Shown: one piece after another, positions 1-13,823 of the stretch
How positions within the stretch are numbered: position 1 is the first letter of the stretch
Layout of the letters: every line of letters begins with the position of its first letter
Source: Octopus sinensis
Taxonomy: Eukaryota
Length of the DNA stretch: 64,000 nucleotides
Direction: 5' to 3'
Assembly: GCF_006345805.1 (NCBI RefSeq)
Contig: NC_042998.1
Span: forward strand, 193,316,001-193,380,000
Notes under the pieces: generated by a model
What the model was told of the DNA's origin: nothing
Databases searched by the model: none
The model's input: only the letters and a program-made list of their open reading frames with translations
Made by a program: the position numbers and the translations under genes

Positions 1-220
1 CTACAAATTCAGCCATCTTATGTTTAGACTTTTTTTCATTGATTCTTTTTCATAATCTCTTATGAGTAATTTATAGTTTGTTTGGAACATTTAAAGATCC
101 ATAGATCCAAATAGACCATAAAGAGCTCAAAGCAACTTGAAAATAAACAAATAAACAGAAAGATCATACTAGAAATGTTTGTTTTGTGTGCACGCGCATC
201 TATGTATGTATATATCGGTA

Positions 221-257
<37 letters not shown>

Positions 258-282
258 CTATATATATATATATATATATATA

Positions 283-334
<52 letters not shown>

Positions 335-355
335 TATATATATATATATATATAT
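221..355. repeat. (TC)n/(TA)n microsatellite
   Basis: Direct dinucleotide run; source of the spurious YI-repeat ORFs at 179-433. Confidence 0.95.
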
Positions 356-1323
356 CCTTCTACTTATCTACTTCCCTACATAAATACTGAGGGAGAGAGA
401 GACAGACGGGAGAGAAAAGAAAAAGAAAGGTAGGAGTGACAATAATTGACAGCAGTTTCCTATTAGCTGGAAAGTATTGATAATAAACTTCGTCCATGGC
501 AGAATGTGGGGAGGGATTAGAAAAACAGCCAAGCAAACAAGTGATTAGATTTACTAGAGATGAAATGTACTATGACTTGTGGTTTAAGTCTGAGAATATA
601 AGTCGCGTGTCTAGCCTGATAACAAAATAACAGCCGACGCTATATTTAACTGTAGACTAGATAAAAACATATGTCAATACTGACTTCTTACGCATAAATA
701 TACACGCCAGCCGACAGGACTCTTAAAACGGATGCTGAGAGCGAAAATTTGTTCTAGTTTCGTAGCAATGTTTGTTTTGGGATTATTATTCCTATGTTTA
801 CCCTTTCGCAAATTAACTCTTTCTTTTTCTCTGTAACAGTTTTGTAATTACCAACTGCTGATGCAGGAAAGATAGTATGCGCCCGAATATTATAAAGGTG
901 TTCCGTTGAAAGACAACTTACTTTTTATAGAAAGTAGGCGTTTTAGGAGGCTTAAAACTGACTATTGGAGATCCAGTTCAAGCTTGATTAAAGCTAGGAT
1001 CGAAAGCATTCCAATCATGGCCAATCTGTTTATTTAGGGTCTCAAGAACTACATCTAATATCCAGTGTGTTTTACTTCGTTTAAGACTGCAAGCTTTCAT
1101 TAGAAGGAGTTTTAACTGTTATTTGCAATCCAGCAAGGGATCTCGATGACGCTTCTTTGTTAATACAAATTCTTTCGTTACTTTCAAAGGAAAAATAAAG
1201 CAGAATGTTTAAAAGTAACGGATGTTATATAAATTCATACCTATAAAATATCCGTCGAAATATTAAAACTGAGAAGTATTAATATTTCACGTGCCTTTAC
1301 AGTGTAACCGAGCTGCAATATAT

Positions 1324-1713
1324 GTGGATGGAAGCACTCCGTCAGTTACGACGATGAGGGTTCCGGTTGATCCGATCAACGGAACAGCCTGCTCGTGAAA
1401 TTAACGTGTAAGTGGCTGAGCTCTCCACAGACACGTGCACCCTTAACGTAGTTCTCGGGGATATTCAGCGTGACACAGAGAGTGACAAGGCCGGCCCTTT
1501 GAAATACAGGTACAACAGAAACAGGAAGTAAGAGTGAGAGAAAGTTGTGGTGAAAGAGTACAGCAGGGATCACCACCATCCCCTGCCGGAGCCTCGTGGC
1601 GCTTTTAGGTGTTTTCGCTCAATAAACACTCACAACGCCCGGTCTGGGAATCGAAACCGCGATCCTATGACCGCGAGTCTGCTGCCCTAACCACTGGGCC
1701 ATTGCGCCTCCAC
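1324..1713 (-). mobile_element. Full-length tRNA-derived SINE (head GGAGGCGCAATGGCCCAGTGGTTAGGGCAGC), long-body variant
   Basis: Pol III A-box (TGGCCCAGTGG) and B-box (GGTTTCGATTCC) on the minus strand. 12-bp TSD GCTGCAATATAT at 1312-1323 and 1714-1725. Near-identical copy at 59644-60033. Confidence 0.85.
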
Positions 1714-2251
1714 GCTGCAATATATATAGTCTGTTCGAAAATAAAACCACAAAATACAAAGTGCCTCAGCAGATTTAGTTATGGTTTTTCTGAATTCTGA
1801 ATTCAAGCTTTGAAATGTTTTACATCTTTCTGGGTTGATAAAATAACTGCCAGTCAAACCGCTGATTGTTACTCCATTCCAAATACTATGGTCATGTACC
1901 ATATTCTTTGTCATTTAATATATCTTGTAAGGGTAAAGGGGCAAAGTGGCAACACTGGTAGAATGTCGGATAAGATAATTTGCTATATTCAGTTATGCCC
2001 CTTTGTTTTCTGAGTTCAAATTCCGTTGGAATCGGTATTACTTCAAATACATCGAAGTAAAAGATAAGTGAACCCGTCCTAGAAAAAAAAAATTAGCAAC
2101 AAGAAACGAACGATTCAGTCGAATTTATATCTCTCTCTCATAAACGTTACGTCTACTGCAGTTGTATAAGAAATCTATATTGAAAATTTCAGAAACGGTG
2201 GATAGCCAGTAGTGTGCTGGACTGGCGGCTTTTTGCATAACTGTTTGCATA

Positions 2252-3025
2252 CGGGGGGAGGGGGCAAAAGAAACCGGAATTTTGCAATATTTTATTCACT
2301 TAGTTTTACACGTTTACACTTGTACCGCCTTCAAAATATTCTGCATTTGAAGCAATGCATTGGTCCAGACGCTTTTTCCACTATTCGAAACAGTTTTTCT
2401 TCGCCTCTTCCACATCTGCAAATTCCGTAACACCAGCTTTCGTCACCAGTGATGACCTTCGAATAAAAGATCCGGATAAACTTCCAAATGTTCTTTCAGT
2501 TCACAACACTCATTCAGTCATGACTGCTTTTGATCTTCCATGAGCGAGCAAGGTACAAATTTTGCTGCAACTCTTTTCATTCGCAAATCCTCGCTCAAAA
2601 TTCGTTGACAGGAGCTGTGAATTTTCATGGTGTTTTCATTCATTCTGGAGGTAGACGGTTGTCCTCAACGACGTTGATCTTCAAGCGACAAATAACCATT
2701 TCTAAATCATGCAAATCACTCGTAAACTTCTGTTTTTCTCATGGCAGCGTCTTTGTAAGCTGTTTGAAGTAGGACAATTGTTTCAGCCGCTGTTTCCTCC
2801 CAGCAGAAAACAGAATTTCAAGGAAGCAAGCTGTTCCTTCGTTTGAGCCACTGCAAAAATCGACAAGCAGTGGAGATGCACATGGCAATACAACTGAACT
2901 AGAAGATGCCAGTCAGCAGACTGATGCCTGAGGGTCGCATCAAGTGGCTGCTAGCGGCGGAAGCCTGAACTACAAGAGGCTTGTCCTACAGATAACGTTT
3001 CCGGTTACTTTTGGGTACCTCGTCG
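2252..3025 (-). mobile_element. Internally deleted, decayed mariner-type transposon
   Basis: Minus strand translates, with stops and frameshifts, to KFCFLLG..ETIVLLQTAYKDAAMRKTEVYE..RMKRVAAKFVP..KVITGDESWCYG and a C-terminal WKKRLDQCIASNAEYFEGG. Degenerate TIRs sharing CAAAAG(A/T)AACCGGAA, with TA at 2250-2251 and 3026-3027. Confidence 0.8.
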
Positions 3026-4072
3026 TACATAACATCACGAGTCCGAATATGACAGGAATTTGACTTTGAAACTGTCAGAAGTACACTTCTTTCTTGAAAT
3101 GCATCGCTTATTCTGCCAAGTAATCTTGCGATCTTAGTTGATCTGGAGATACTAGCTTCATTGGTATTTCTTTTTCCTTACGGTGAATTTTGCTTTGTTG
3201 GCGAGTTTTCCCAAGCTCTATTTCAGTCATTGATGTCGAGTGAAATTTCAACGAATGATCGTATCTAAGTTGTTGAATTTATAACAACACTAAAACAAAC
3301 AATAATTCGGATGTTGATTCGTGAAGTAACTCGAATAATTTCACTATGGTTATCAGCTTGTCAGGAGGTTCCAATTTATGACCGAGAGAAAAAGTGAATA
3401 GCTATTTATTCACATGTATGTAACACCTGCATTGACACGTAAATACAAAACAAAGCAGCATAACAGAATTGTTAGTCGGCGCCAACAGAGACCAGGTGTA
3501 AATGAACTTGTATGAAATACCAGGAACAATAGGCGAGATCACTTTGTTGCGGAGATCGTGGAGAAATATTAAAAGAAGATTGATATACTTCTTCCCTCAC
3601 CCACACCCGGAATCTTGGCATGTTCCCAAAAGAGAAATTTCAAAAGGACAAATTCGATGTGTGGCAGGAATATTACAGTAAATGGAACCAGGAATTACAT
3701 TGTAAATTTGATGCTAAAAACAAGGGAGGGGTCAAAGATATTTGGTGGTCATGTGATAGTACACGCCGACCGATAGATTAATGTCCCAGTAGATGAAATG
3801 AAACAACGTCAGTAGCAAAGTCAGAGATATGGGAAAGGAATTCAGTCCATGACACACCCAGACTTTCATGGATCAGTATGGGAAGGATGTCCGAACACGA
3901 ATGGTCAAAAACAAAATTTTTTGTTAGGGCACAGGACGGAGCTCCTAGGCCTTTTTTAAAAATCATTCCCAAAGAAACCATTGTCATAGAGATCGTTTCT
4001 ATTGCCAGTCCCTACATTCTGATTCTCATTATCATCGATAATTCTATTAGCAGTACATCATTTCCTGAATGT

Positions 4073-4379
4073 GGAGGCACATGGCCGAGTGGTTAGAGCA
4101 GCAGACTCGCAGTCGAGGGATCGCGGGTTCGAATCTCAGACCGGGCGATGTGTGTGTTTATGAGCGAAACACCTAAGCTCCATGCGGCTCCGGCAGAAGG
4201 TAATGGCGAACTTCTGCTGACTCTTCGCCACAACTTTCTCTCACTCTTTCCTCCTGCATCATACAGCTCACCTGCGATGGACCGGCGTCCCGTCCAGGTG
4301 GGGAACCTATACGCCAAGGAAACCGGGAAACCGGCCCTTATGAGCCAGGCATGACTCGAGAAGGAACAAACAACAAAAA
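4073..4379 (+). mobile_element. Full-length tRNA-derived SINE, short variant with (ACA)n tail
   Basis: A/B boxes (TGGCCGAGTGG, GGGTTCGAATC). 14-bp TSD CATTTCCTGAATGT at 4059-4072 and 4380-4393. Second copy at 58084-58373 (-). Confidence 0.85.
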
Positions 4380-7300
4380 CATTTCCTGAATGTCCTTAAC
4401 AAAAGTACTCGTTCGATTAACCTAGATTTCCATGCGTGTGAAATAGCGTATTCCAGAATACAGTCACTTTTTCATTTTCGTTTTCTCGGCTTATACTTAT
4501 ACCACCTCATCTCAAGTGTCAGTTCTTAATACCGCTACAATTTCCAGTTTATGAAAGTCATGTTTGCGTCCGAATTCCACATTCGTTATTTCAGTTTTCA
4601 TATTTGTAAAAATTTCCAGCTTATTCTATTGTCATTTGAGCGAGCTATATAAATCAATTTTTTTCATAATATTCGGTCCCTTCTTTCTTACCTCTTCTCT
4701 AGGTAATTGCATATTTCAGATATTCGTGTCATTTTCATTTTCTGCAATAGTCTGTAGGACACATTTACACCGTTTTTTTTTTTTCTCTGTGACTGGTTTA
4801 TCTACCATAAAGGTAGATATTCTGTGAAATTTTCTCTCGTGACAAATAACGGAACGTATAGTAGCAGTAGCAGTAGCAGCAACGGTAGTCAGCTATTGTT
4901 GTGATTGTGTGAAACTGATACATTCTGAAAGACCTAAGTATTGTAGAACATAATCATTATACCAAAAGATAATCATTATGCTTCATTCTGCAACTGTACC
5001 TCTTAAGAAACAAATAGATTCATAAAGACATTTTCTTACAAACTGGAATCACCAAAAGACGTAAGAAGGGTGACTTTCGGGTCAATCAGCTGCCGTAATA
5101 TTTTGTTTTAATAAAATCTTGACGATGTGAAGAATACTGTGTAACTAAAACTTTTTTTCTGATTATTTGTTTTGTTTTTTTATTATTATTTGTATTATAA
5201 CAGCAAAAGCTGAAATCCAACCGAAACAGTCTATCAAAATTAGGTGGCCATGAAATGGTTAATAATTTACCTTGCTGACCTAGACAGACAAGTACGTTAT
5301 TCCAGATGTTCATTGTACTTTGTGGTTCGTTTATCTATTCCTCTCAGGAGTTTGGCGAGAACATATAATTGAATCTTGTTTTTGTTATCCAAAGATAAAT
5401 ATTTTCTTAACTTTGACGTTACTTCTTTGGTTTCTCTCAGTTTCTCTACGCAGAAAATGACAGCTTAAGGCCACTTTATGTTGTCTGTTTCTTCTTGATC
5501 ATATTTCCCTCAAGAGCTATATTTAAACCATCAGACGAGTGAAGACCTCTGCAAGTCTTTCATCGATACAGTATTGCTTTAGATATCATGCCTGGCAGAA
5601 TTCTTCATTTCCTAATCTTTCAGAAAATAGACAGGTAAACACGTTAAGTTCTTAAATAGCAAATATATTTTCTGACACAAATTTAAAATTATGGGTACTA
5701 GACCACGCGAGATAGTTTTAAATCACACCTTTTCAGTCCAAAACATAAGCTATCAATTTCTTTTATTGTAATGAGGATATTTTATGAGTGAGGCGAAATT
5801 ATTACATTTTGATATATTTTTTTCTTCTGACGAAATTTAGCATCTTACGTTTGCTGCTTTTGTCTCTGCTTTGTTGTCACTCTTGTAGACTTATGATCAA
5901 AAGCATTTATGCCATGAGCATCCTAGTTTTTCAGGAATAGTGTAACCCGAACTACATTAAGCATTATGTCATTTTCTGACATAGTATGTCATGGAAGAGG
6001 CGTAATCACGCCGAGACACTGACATTTTGTGAAGCTCAGCTTGATGTATTTTTACACACAAAGTCTATTGAGAAATGTCTGTCTGCTACAAGGTCCCGAA
6101 GCTGGTACCTTTCATGTTTTAGTGTGCAAAACACATTAAAAATACACGGGAGCTACTTTATTTTAGCCTTCGCTGCCTTTTCACACGCAGAAGCACACAC
6201 ACACACACACTTGAATATATGAATTATTTCATTCTATGTGGGAAAATATCTCTATTGTTGCTCTAAAGCAATTACTGCACTAAATTTTGGAAACAACACA
6301 TGTATCTGGCATGGGCAACGTGGTTGATTTCAACCTACTGACCATTCATTTAAGTTTCGTGCACAAGTAATTAAAAAGTTTAGCTTTGTTCACCTTAATT
6401 ATTTTGGTTCGTTAACGTCCCTGCTTCTCCAAGAGGTTCTAAGATCGAAACGTTTCTTGACCTATCTCCGAAACTGCTATAATGATTACAACATGCTGAT
6501 GACCTCTATTTCCATTAGTGGTCCTAATTAGACACTTAATAATCACTGTATTCAATATGTCCACCTTATTTAACTATTTATTTTCAAGTGGATAAGTCTG
6601 AGTACTTTACTTAAGTAAATATTCCAAAATAAATCATTATATCAATTCTATACAAGATATATTTCACTTTTATTCAAAAATGACTATACAATTATAACAT
6701 CGAGAGAAAACACAGTCCTACAACCAACTTATCACGCATTTAACTTAGCTAACACACCTCACTCACTTCCGGTGCAACGATACTTGAGATTTTTAAAATT
6801 AAAATTCCGAGATTTATTTCCCCCGTTTCACTATTTTTCTTCAAGAAGCATACGTTTCTGAGTACATCTTCTAAGTCTTTCTTTTAGTCTATTATACGGC
6901 CAGCATTCATAAAATCCGCTTCAGATGATACATCAACATTTCTAAAGTTAGATCAAGAAATAAATCATAAACGTTACCGTCATTTGTACCACATATTAAT
7001 TAACTCGTAAATGTTGTTCCTGGACTTTAAAGTTCAAGTTGAAAGGATCAGATTTAAAAACTTTCCTCTATCCATTTTGCATTCTAAATTTCACCTGACG
7101 TTCTTCTTAGGCTAATCTATGTATCGTGGACTAGTTTACGTGAGCAGAAAGTAAAAGAAATATCACAGACATAAATCTAGGGCAAGAAATTATCCTGATA
7201 ACACATGCCTAGAAAGTATGTCTCGATACTTTTCTCATTTCAATATAATCAATATTTAAGAAGGAAAAAGTAGCCAAAACAATGTATTTACAGTTTAATC

Positions 7301-8614
7301 GCAGAAAAAGTCTCAGGAAAACAAAAATTAAGTGACTCCAAAAATAGCTTTTAAATACACTTTTTAAAGAAATGTTTTTTGTAACAATTTGTGCATTTTT
7401 ACGAGAGTTATATTCAATACATCAATAAATATATTGAATATAACAGTGTGTATATGTGTACAACTATAAGTATGAATTATATATTGAGATAGTACGTGTG
7501 TGTGTCTGTGTATACACTGACATTTACACACGTGATTGTGTGTATATGTAAAGTGATGTTTATTCACACACACACATATTCGTATATATTCCGCACTCTT
7601 ACTCAAAAAGGCATCAGTTTATGTTACAGAGACAGATATTCTTGAACTGAAGCTGGGCATGGAACCATATGTGAAAAGTAACTAAACGTGCGTAACAAAA
7701 AGAATAAATGAAGATAGATTCACAATTATAACTAGATTCGTTGCTTTTCGAAAGACAACGAATCTCGATCATTAAGCGTCCACTCATTCCGAAACAAGTC
7801 GAATAAATATAGGAAGTAAATGTGCCAGGCTGAGTATGATGGGAATAATGGTAATAATGATACAGATTCATATTTCATTATTTCCAGCAAACTAATGACT
7901 AATCAAAGAAACATATCACTCTGCATTAGGCTGTGCTGTATCTCTAGATTTGATACGAATATGATATTCCATATCTCAAATCCTGATATTAATTTTATCA
8001 GTTTAGATAGTACGAATTGAGCATAAAATATTTGGTAGGAAAATATACGCTCTATGGGAGTTTTCCATCATACACTTGAATATTAAAATGTAAGAGGAAT
8101 GGTATCATTTTTCTGTTACTGGGGAGTTTATCACATCAAAAAGAATGTAGTATATTTAGCTATAACTTTGATCCTCTATAAAGGTAAAAGGAAACCAAGT
8201 CTTAAAAATTATAGGATAATGAGATCTACATGTTGCATGTTTGAAAATGGATTGGCTACTTGGCTACAGACTATTAGAATGAATTTCATCGTAGGTCTAT
8301 TCTATCAGGTTGACATGGACAAAGCAACAGTAGCAGTAATATTCAACTTGAAAACAGTTACCAACATATCACCAACTATTGCTGGATGCAACAATGTGAA
8401 CAAAAATGATTTTCATTTATTTCCTTTCTTTTTTTTAAGATATTTTATTGATATCTAGAATGGGATCGGTATTCCTACTTTTAACTGGAAAATAAAAGTA
8501 GACCGAAGCGGAAACACACGTCGTAAACGTAGATAAAGAGATACAAGGTATTTTTAAAATACACTATGATCGTATCACTACTACTGCAGCGTGTGTGTAT
8601 ATGTATGTGTGTAA

Positions 8615-8652
<38 letters not shown>

Positions 8653-8653
8653 G

Positions 8654-9901
8654 CAGGGGTTGGACAAAATAAAGGAAACACAAAATTTCAAAGATATTTA
8701 TTTTAATATGGGGTAGGACCGCATTTGGCAGTAATTACAGTTTGAATTCTACGAGGTATGGACTCGTACAAAGTTTGAATTGTTTCCAAAGGAATTTTTG
8801 TCAATTCTTCAGCTAAAACAGCCTCCAGTTCTTATAGTGATGATCGTGGAGGATATCGACTCCTGAATTGTTTTTCTAAAATGCATCATAAATGTTCGAT
8901 GATATTGAGATCTAGCGACTATGAAGGCCGGATAAAATGTTCAATTTCACTAGAATGTTCCTCGTGCCATTCAGTGACAACTTTAGCTGAGTGAACTGGT
9001 GCATTATCATCCTGAAAGCTTGCGTTTCCCTCCGGAAACAGTTCTGCAACTATAGGATGAATTTGATCAGATAAAATGCTTAGATAGTCTTTATTAAGTC
9101 TGCCATGAAGAGAAACCATTGGGCCGGCAGATTTCCAAGATGTAGCCCTTCCCCACCAGATCATCACAGATCCTCCTCCATGTTAAACAGTTGGAAGAAG
9201 GTAATCTGGGTCAAATGCTTCTTTGGCTGTCTCCACACGTATACTCGGCTGGGATGACTCGTCCGAGAAAATAACATTCTTCCACAGCTCTAGGGACCAA
9301 TTTTGCAGGTTTTTACTCTACTCTAAACGCTTTGCAAAATTTGTTTTTGAAAGTAGTGGTTTTCTGATTGCCGCCCTCTTGTGAAATCCGGCTTTGTGCA
9401 GCTCCCGTTGAAGATTTTGTGAAAATAGGGTTCTCGAGGTGGTCATTAAGCTCTGCAGTAATTTTGGGAGCTGTACTTTTGTGATCCTTTCTAACAATTC
9501 GCGTAACAGTCCGACGGTCCCTATCTGAAAGTTTTGGTTTTCTTCCGGAGTTTTATTTCGACGAGGAGGTTTTTCCCTCTTTCTCAAAGGTTGTAATAAC
9601 TTTCGAGACAATACTCCTTGACACACTAAACATTTCGGCTGTTTTCATTACGCTAGCGCCTGCCGTAGGAGCACCAACAATTTGACCTCTTTGAAAGTCC
9701 GATAGATCTGTCATTTTAACGAATTTTAATTACCTTTTTCTGATGATATCTGAAAAGAAACAGCAATTTAGGCAAAACATATTAAGCAACACTAATAACA
9801 AATCAAAAAACAAAAATAAACAAGCTTTTGACGGATTTATAGATGCTTCAAAATTATGATGCTATGATGCTAGGTGTTTCCATTATTTTGTCTAACCCCT
9901 G
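8654..9901 (-). mobile_element. Tc1-like DNA transposon
   Basis: 28-bp TIRs CAGGGGTT(G/A)GACAAAATAA(A/T)GGAAACAC at 8654 and ending at 9901, flanking a transposase relic; sits in (CA)/(TG) repeats. Confidence 0.9.
8703..9714 (-). pseudogene. Tc1-family transposase, disrupted
   Basis: Starts MTDLSDFQRGQIVGA..GASVMKTAEMFSVSRSIVSKV (paired-like HTH), contains MMIW and FQDDNAPVH, and ends RRIQTVITAKCGPTPY*. Broken by frameshifts and stops. Confidence 0.88.
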
Positions 9902-10432
9902 TGTGTGTGTATGTGTGTATGCGTTTGTGTCTGTGTCTGTGTGTGTGTTTGTCAGCATTTTTACTATAACTGCACTTTAGATATACCACAGAAGTATCGC
10001 TTGAACTACATTCCATTCAATATATGAAATACACACACACACACACCACACACACACACACACAGATCTTACTTTAAAATAAACGTCAGTAAAGGCCGCG
10101 GTAGATTCCGTCGTAAACTTTTTAAATTTGTAATTCAATTCTCCTTCGTTCCTTGCCGAAGATATAAAGCAGGAAGAAATCAAGGTAAACCAAGAAGCTG
10201 CAACAGCAGTTTCACCCCATTCATATTTATGTGAATATTTTGTAGATAGCAGCCGCGTTATAACTACATAATTTTAGTTCTTAAACTTGAGTTTTGCCAT
10301 CATTTTTAACATAACCGCACATTAAATATACCACAGAAGTATCGCTTGTATTGCATTCCATTCAATAAATTCTATTACATCTAGAGTTTCTTTTAAATGA
10401 ATACAAACCCAAGAAAGTATGAAAATGCATTT

Positions 10433-10665
10433 ATTTCTTTATTACCAAACAGGGGGCTAAACACACAGCGGACAAAGAACGACAGACAAAGGGATTAAGT
10501 CGGTTACATCGACCCCAGTGCCTAACTGGTACTTATTTAATCGACCCCGAAAGGATGAAAGTCAAATTCGACCTCGGCAGAATTTGAACTCAGAATGTAA
10601 CGGCAGACGAAGTACCGCTAGGTATTTCGTTCGGCGTGCTAACGATTCTGCCAGCTCGCCACCTT
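10433..10665 (-). mobile_element. tRNA-derived SINE family S (head AAGGCGGCGAGCTGGCAGAAACGTTAGCACG), tail type 1 (GCCCCTTGTGGGTAGTAAAGAAATA-like)
   Basis: Full length. 24-bp TSD with one mismatch, CCAAGAAAGTATGAAAAT(G/A)CATTT, at 10409-10432 and 10667-10690. Confidence 0.88.
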
Positions 10666-11667
10666 ACCAAGAAAGTATGAAAATACATTTTGATGCAAGC
10701 AATGCTTTTCGTTATTTGTTTTATTTTGTTTTGTTTTTTTTTTGTTTTTTTCCTCCTTTTACGTATTATGTCTAGTGTAAAGCAGAAAGGAGACAGCACA
10801 CAAGTGGGCCTGAGGTTGGAGCATGTCTCAGTGATTTTTATGCCAGTCAATTTAGTTGTCTTTCACTGAGTGCTGTTTGTATACCGTGTATATATACCGC
10901 ATGCACTGCCCTGGGTGATAGAGCAGCATTCCTTTATAGAGTTTTGTTGAGTATTAGTCATTGTTAGAAGATGGAATATTTCCTGGCCCTGGAGAGGAGG
11001 GTCAGATTTTGGGATGAAGTCGTAGCTACATTAAACCATTAATGCCTAGCGTATGATTTATCATACGCTTTTTTGTTTCGGATGAAAATATTCATATAAA
11101 ATAACTACATAAATTTAGGTATCAAAGACCTTTCTGAAGATAAAGAACCTTTCTAGCAATATTTGGCATCAAAGTCATACTTTGACCATTTATAAATTGT
11201 GCTAGTCTCGTTTCTTCAAATTTTGAAGTAAGGAAGAAGTGCTTATTTGTATGCTTTAAATATTTTGTAATATTTTATTTTGCTTTTGTATTTTTTATTA
11301 AGTAAACATTCCTTTTGCAAGCTAAACATGTCTTAGTAATCTACCTAAATAAAGTTTCAATTTATTAACGTGTGTATATGTGCATATCATAAAACATACG
11401 CAGGGAATTCGTGTGTGCATTTCAAAAATGAAGTTTTTCAGGTTTGGACATACAATCGTTAATTCTGTTAATAACGAGCCCAAAAACTTTAAAACAATTG
11501 TAAATTAAAATATTTTGCTCTTGAATCTTAAATTTTCAATATTTATTTCTTTTCTTCATTAAAAGTAGCCTGTTTACTAGCAAACTAATGTTTGCATAAT
11601 TGCAAGTGATATATATATATATAGATATATATATATATATATAATTTTTATTTCTAGAACGTTAAAT

Positions 11668-11922
11668 ATGTTTAAGAGAAAACTTGATGGCGGAAGAGAC
11701 GCTGAAGAATTCCTAAATATAATCGAATCTGGTGATGATACTGAACATTTTATTGAGGAAATTGATAATGCTGATGATCTTCAACTGGTACTTCATCCAC
11801 CAAATGATGGCGACGATTCAGATAAAGATCAAGCTTCAAGGGATTGCGAAGAATCTTCAGAAAATTGCGAGAAAGGTGAGAAAGGTGTCAAAGATATGAA
11901 AGTTACGCCAGATTCCACTTAG
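11668..11922 (+). pseudogene. Possible piggyBac-type transposase N-terminal fragment
   Basis: 84-aa acidic ORF with LVLHPPNDGDDSDKD, resembling the IxxPP..TDEDSG N-terminal motif of PGBD proteins. Preceded by an acceptor-like TTTTTATTTCTAG. No catalytic domain or TIR found. Confidence 0.35.
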
Positions 11923-12427
11923 TGGCATCTTAGACAACTGTCTTACATAAACTTAGTCAGCACAGCCTTGTGAGACACAGTGGACGAAAACTGTGAGGGA
12001 GGCCCACCAGAAGGACTGTATAATTCAAGGAATCAGCCATGCCACCCACTGATTTTGCTTGGTTATTACATTAAGGGTACATGTATTTGTGAAACAGGCT
12101 CTGGTATGCTGAGTTAAACTGTAGGGTGATAGGTTAATTGAAAACTGTGGAAGAACCATCTATGTCATAGATTAAATTCTTATCTTCGCAAACTGATAGA
12201 TGCATGGTATTAAGTCAACTAAATGTGAGATAGATTTGCCTTCATTGTGCAGGTGAGGTTATCAGTAACTAGTTTTTCGCTATTCATTGCAAATGCCAGG
12301 TGTGCATTTTAACTGATGTTGGCAACTTTTGTAATCATCCTAAAAACTGTTTTTAATGTTACAATTTGATACCAAACCATCAATTTCCAACATCTATTTT
12401 GTCAATATTGTGTTCGAATATACTTCA

Positions 12428-12585
12428 GGTGGAGCTGAGACGGTAAGAAGCTTATCAACCATGTGGTCTTGGTTTCAGACCCATTGTGCTGCACATTGGT
12501 CAAAGTGTCTTTTTCTATAGCTCCGGGCCAATAAAAATCTTGAGGGTGGATTTGGTGGTCGGAAAGTGAACGTAGCATGTCAGAT
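12428..12585 (+). mobile_element. Degenerate CORE-type SINE 5' half
   Basis: Homologous to the head and core of the 13409-13823 element (GGTAAGAAGCTT..CATGTGGT..TTGGTCAAAGTGTC..GGATTTGGT). Confidence 0.65.
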
Positions 12586-12789
12586 ACATACATACATACA
12601 TACATACATACATACATACATACATACATACATACACACATACATACATACATGCATGCATACATAAATACATACATATACATATATATACACATATATA
12701 TATACACACAATTATATATATATATATATACATATATATATACATATATATACATATATATATATATATACATATATATATACATATAT

Positions 12790-12832
<43 letters not shown>
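12586..12832. repeat. (TACA)n/(TA)n microsatellite
   Basis: Direct simple repeat. Confidence 0.95.
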
Positions 12833-12838
<6 letters not shown>

Positions 12839-13389
12839 TATTCAAGAAGAATGAACCGATTTCATTACGCAATATGTTAATAAGGGAAAGCAATAGAAAA
12901 CTCCAGGTAAGTCACAAGAATTTACTCACAATCAACTTTATTTCCTGTCTTCCAAGTGTTCAAAGTACCCACCACTTGCAGCACGGGCAACACGAGTGCG
13001 ATAAGAGAATTCCTCCCAGATGCGTATCAGCATATCATGATCCCCTGAGTACTTCTTTGGCTGTCTGGTTGAATTCTTTATCGAAGTTTTTCCATTTCCC
13101 TTCAATGTCAATATCTTCTGGAATCGCCTCAAGCAAATCAAATTTATTCTTTAGTTCCATAATGAACTTGGTTTTGATATTCTGATACCCGTCTGGAAGG
13201 AATTCTCTTATCACACTGATGTTGCGTTGCCCGTGCTGCAGGTAGTGGCCACATTGAAAGCTTGTAAGACAGGAAATAAAAGTTGATTGTGAGTAAATAC
13301 TTGTGACTTCGCTGGAGTTTTCTATTGCGTTTCCTTATTAAAATAATGCGTAATGAAATCGGTTTAATTCTCTTTGAATAATAACTCTG
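12833..13389. mobile_element. Fold-back MITE with ~200-bp inverted arms derived from a Tc1/mariner 3' end
   Basis: 12833-~13035 is an imperfect inverted copy of ~13185-13389. The arms translate to [16 protein letters not shown], a Tc1/mariner C-terminus. TA flanks. Confidence 0.75.
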
Positions 13390-13408
13390 TATGTATATAT
13401 ATATATAT

Positions 13409-13823
13409 ACTCTTTTACTCTTTACTCTTTTACTTGTTTCAGTCATTCGACTGCGGCCATGCTGGAGCACCGCCTTTAGTCGAGCAAATCGACCCCGGGA
13501 CTTATTCTTTGTAAGCCAAGTACTTATTCTATCGGTCTCTTTTTTCCGAACCGCTAAGTGACGGGGACGTAAACACACCAGCATCGGTTGTCAAGCGATG
13601 GTGGGGGACAAACACAGACACACAAACATATACACACACATACATATATATATATACATATATACGACAGGCTTCTTTCAGTTTCCGTCTACCAAATCCA
13701 CTCACAAGGCATTTGTCAGCCCGAGGCTATAGCAGAAGACACTTGCCCAAAATGCCACGCAGTGGGACTCAACCCGGAACCATGTGGTTGGTAAGCAAGC
13801 TACTTACCACACAGCCACTCCTG
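13409..13823 (-). mobile_element. Full-length CORE-type SINE with internal microsatellite and (GAGTAAAA)n tail
   Basis: tRNA-like head GAGTGGCTGTGTGGTAAGTAGCTTG..GGTTCCGGGTTGAG, core TTGGGCAAGTGTCTTC, and 3' GGCGGTGCTCCAGCATGGCCGCAGTC..GACTGAAAC. Confidence 0.8.

Noticed and set aside
179-433. YI/CV/HT-repeat ORFs here and at 12.4-13.2, 20.9, 23.0, 26.0, 30.6-31.1, 48.9-49.4 and 63.4-63.9 kb
   Set aside because: Translations of microsatellites.
1640-1713. tRNA genes at the SINE heads (also 4073, 22895, 52256, 59644)
   Set aside because: A/B boxes are present, but there is no complete cloverleaf or acceptor stem, and each continues into a SINE body.
3480-3775. Possible second Tc1-like 3' remnant
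   Set aside because: Only a vague terminal resemblance; no translatable motif or partner TIR.
5440-5645. Possible host micro-exons (CAG/AAAATAGACAG/GTAAAC; similar at ~53110-53135)
   Set aside because: Splice-like motifs are expected by chance, and no coherent reading frame or homology is visible.
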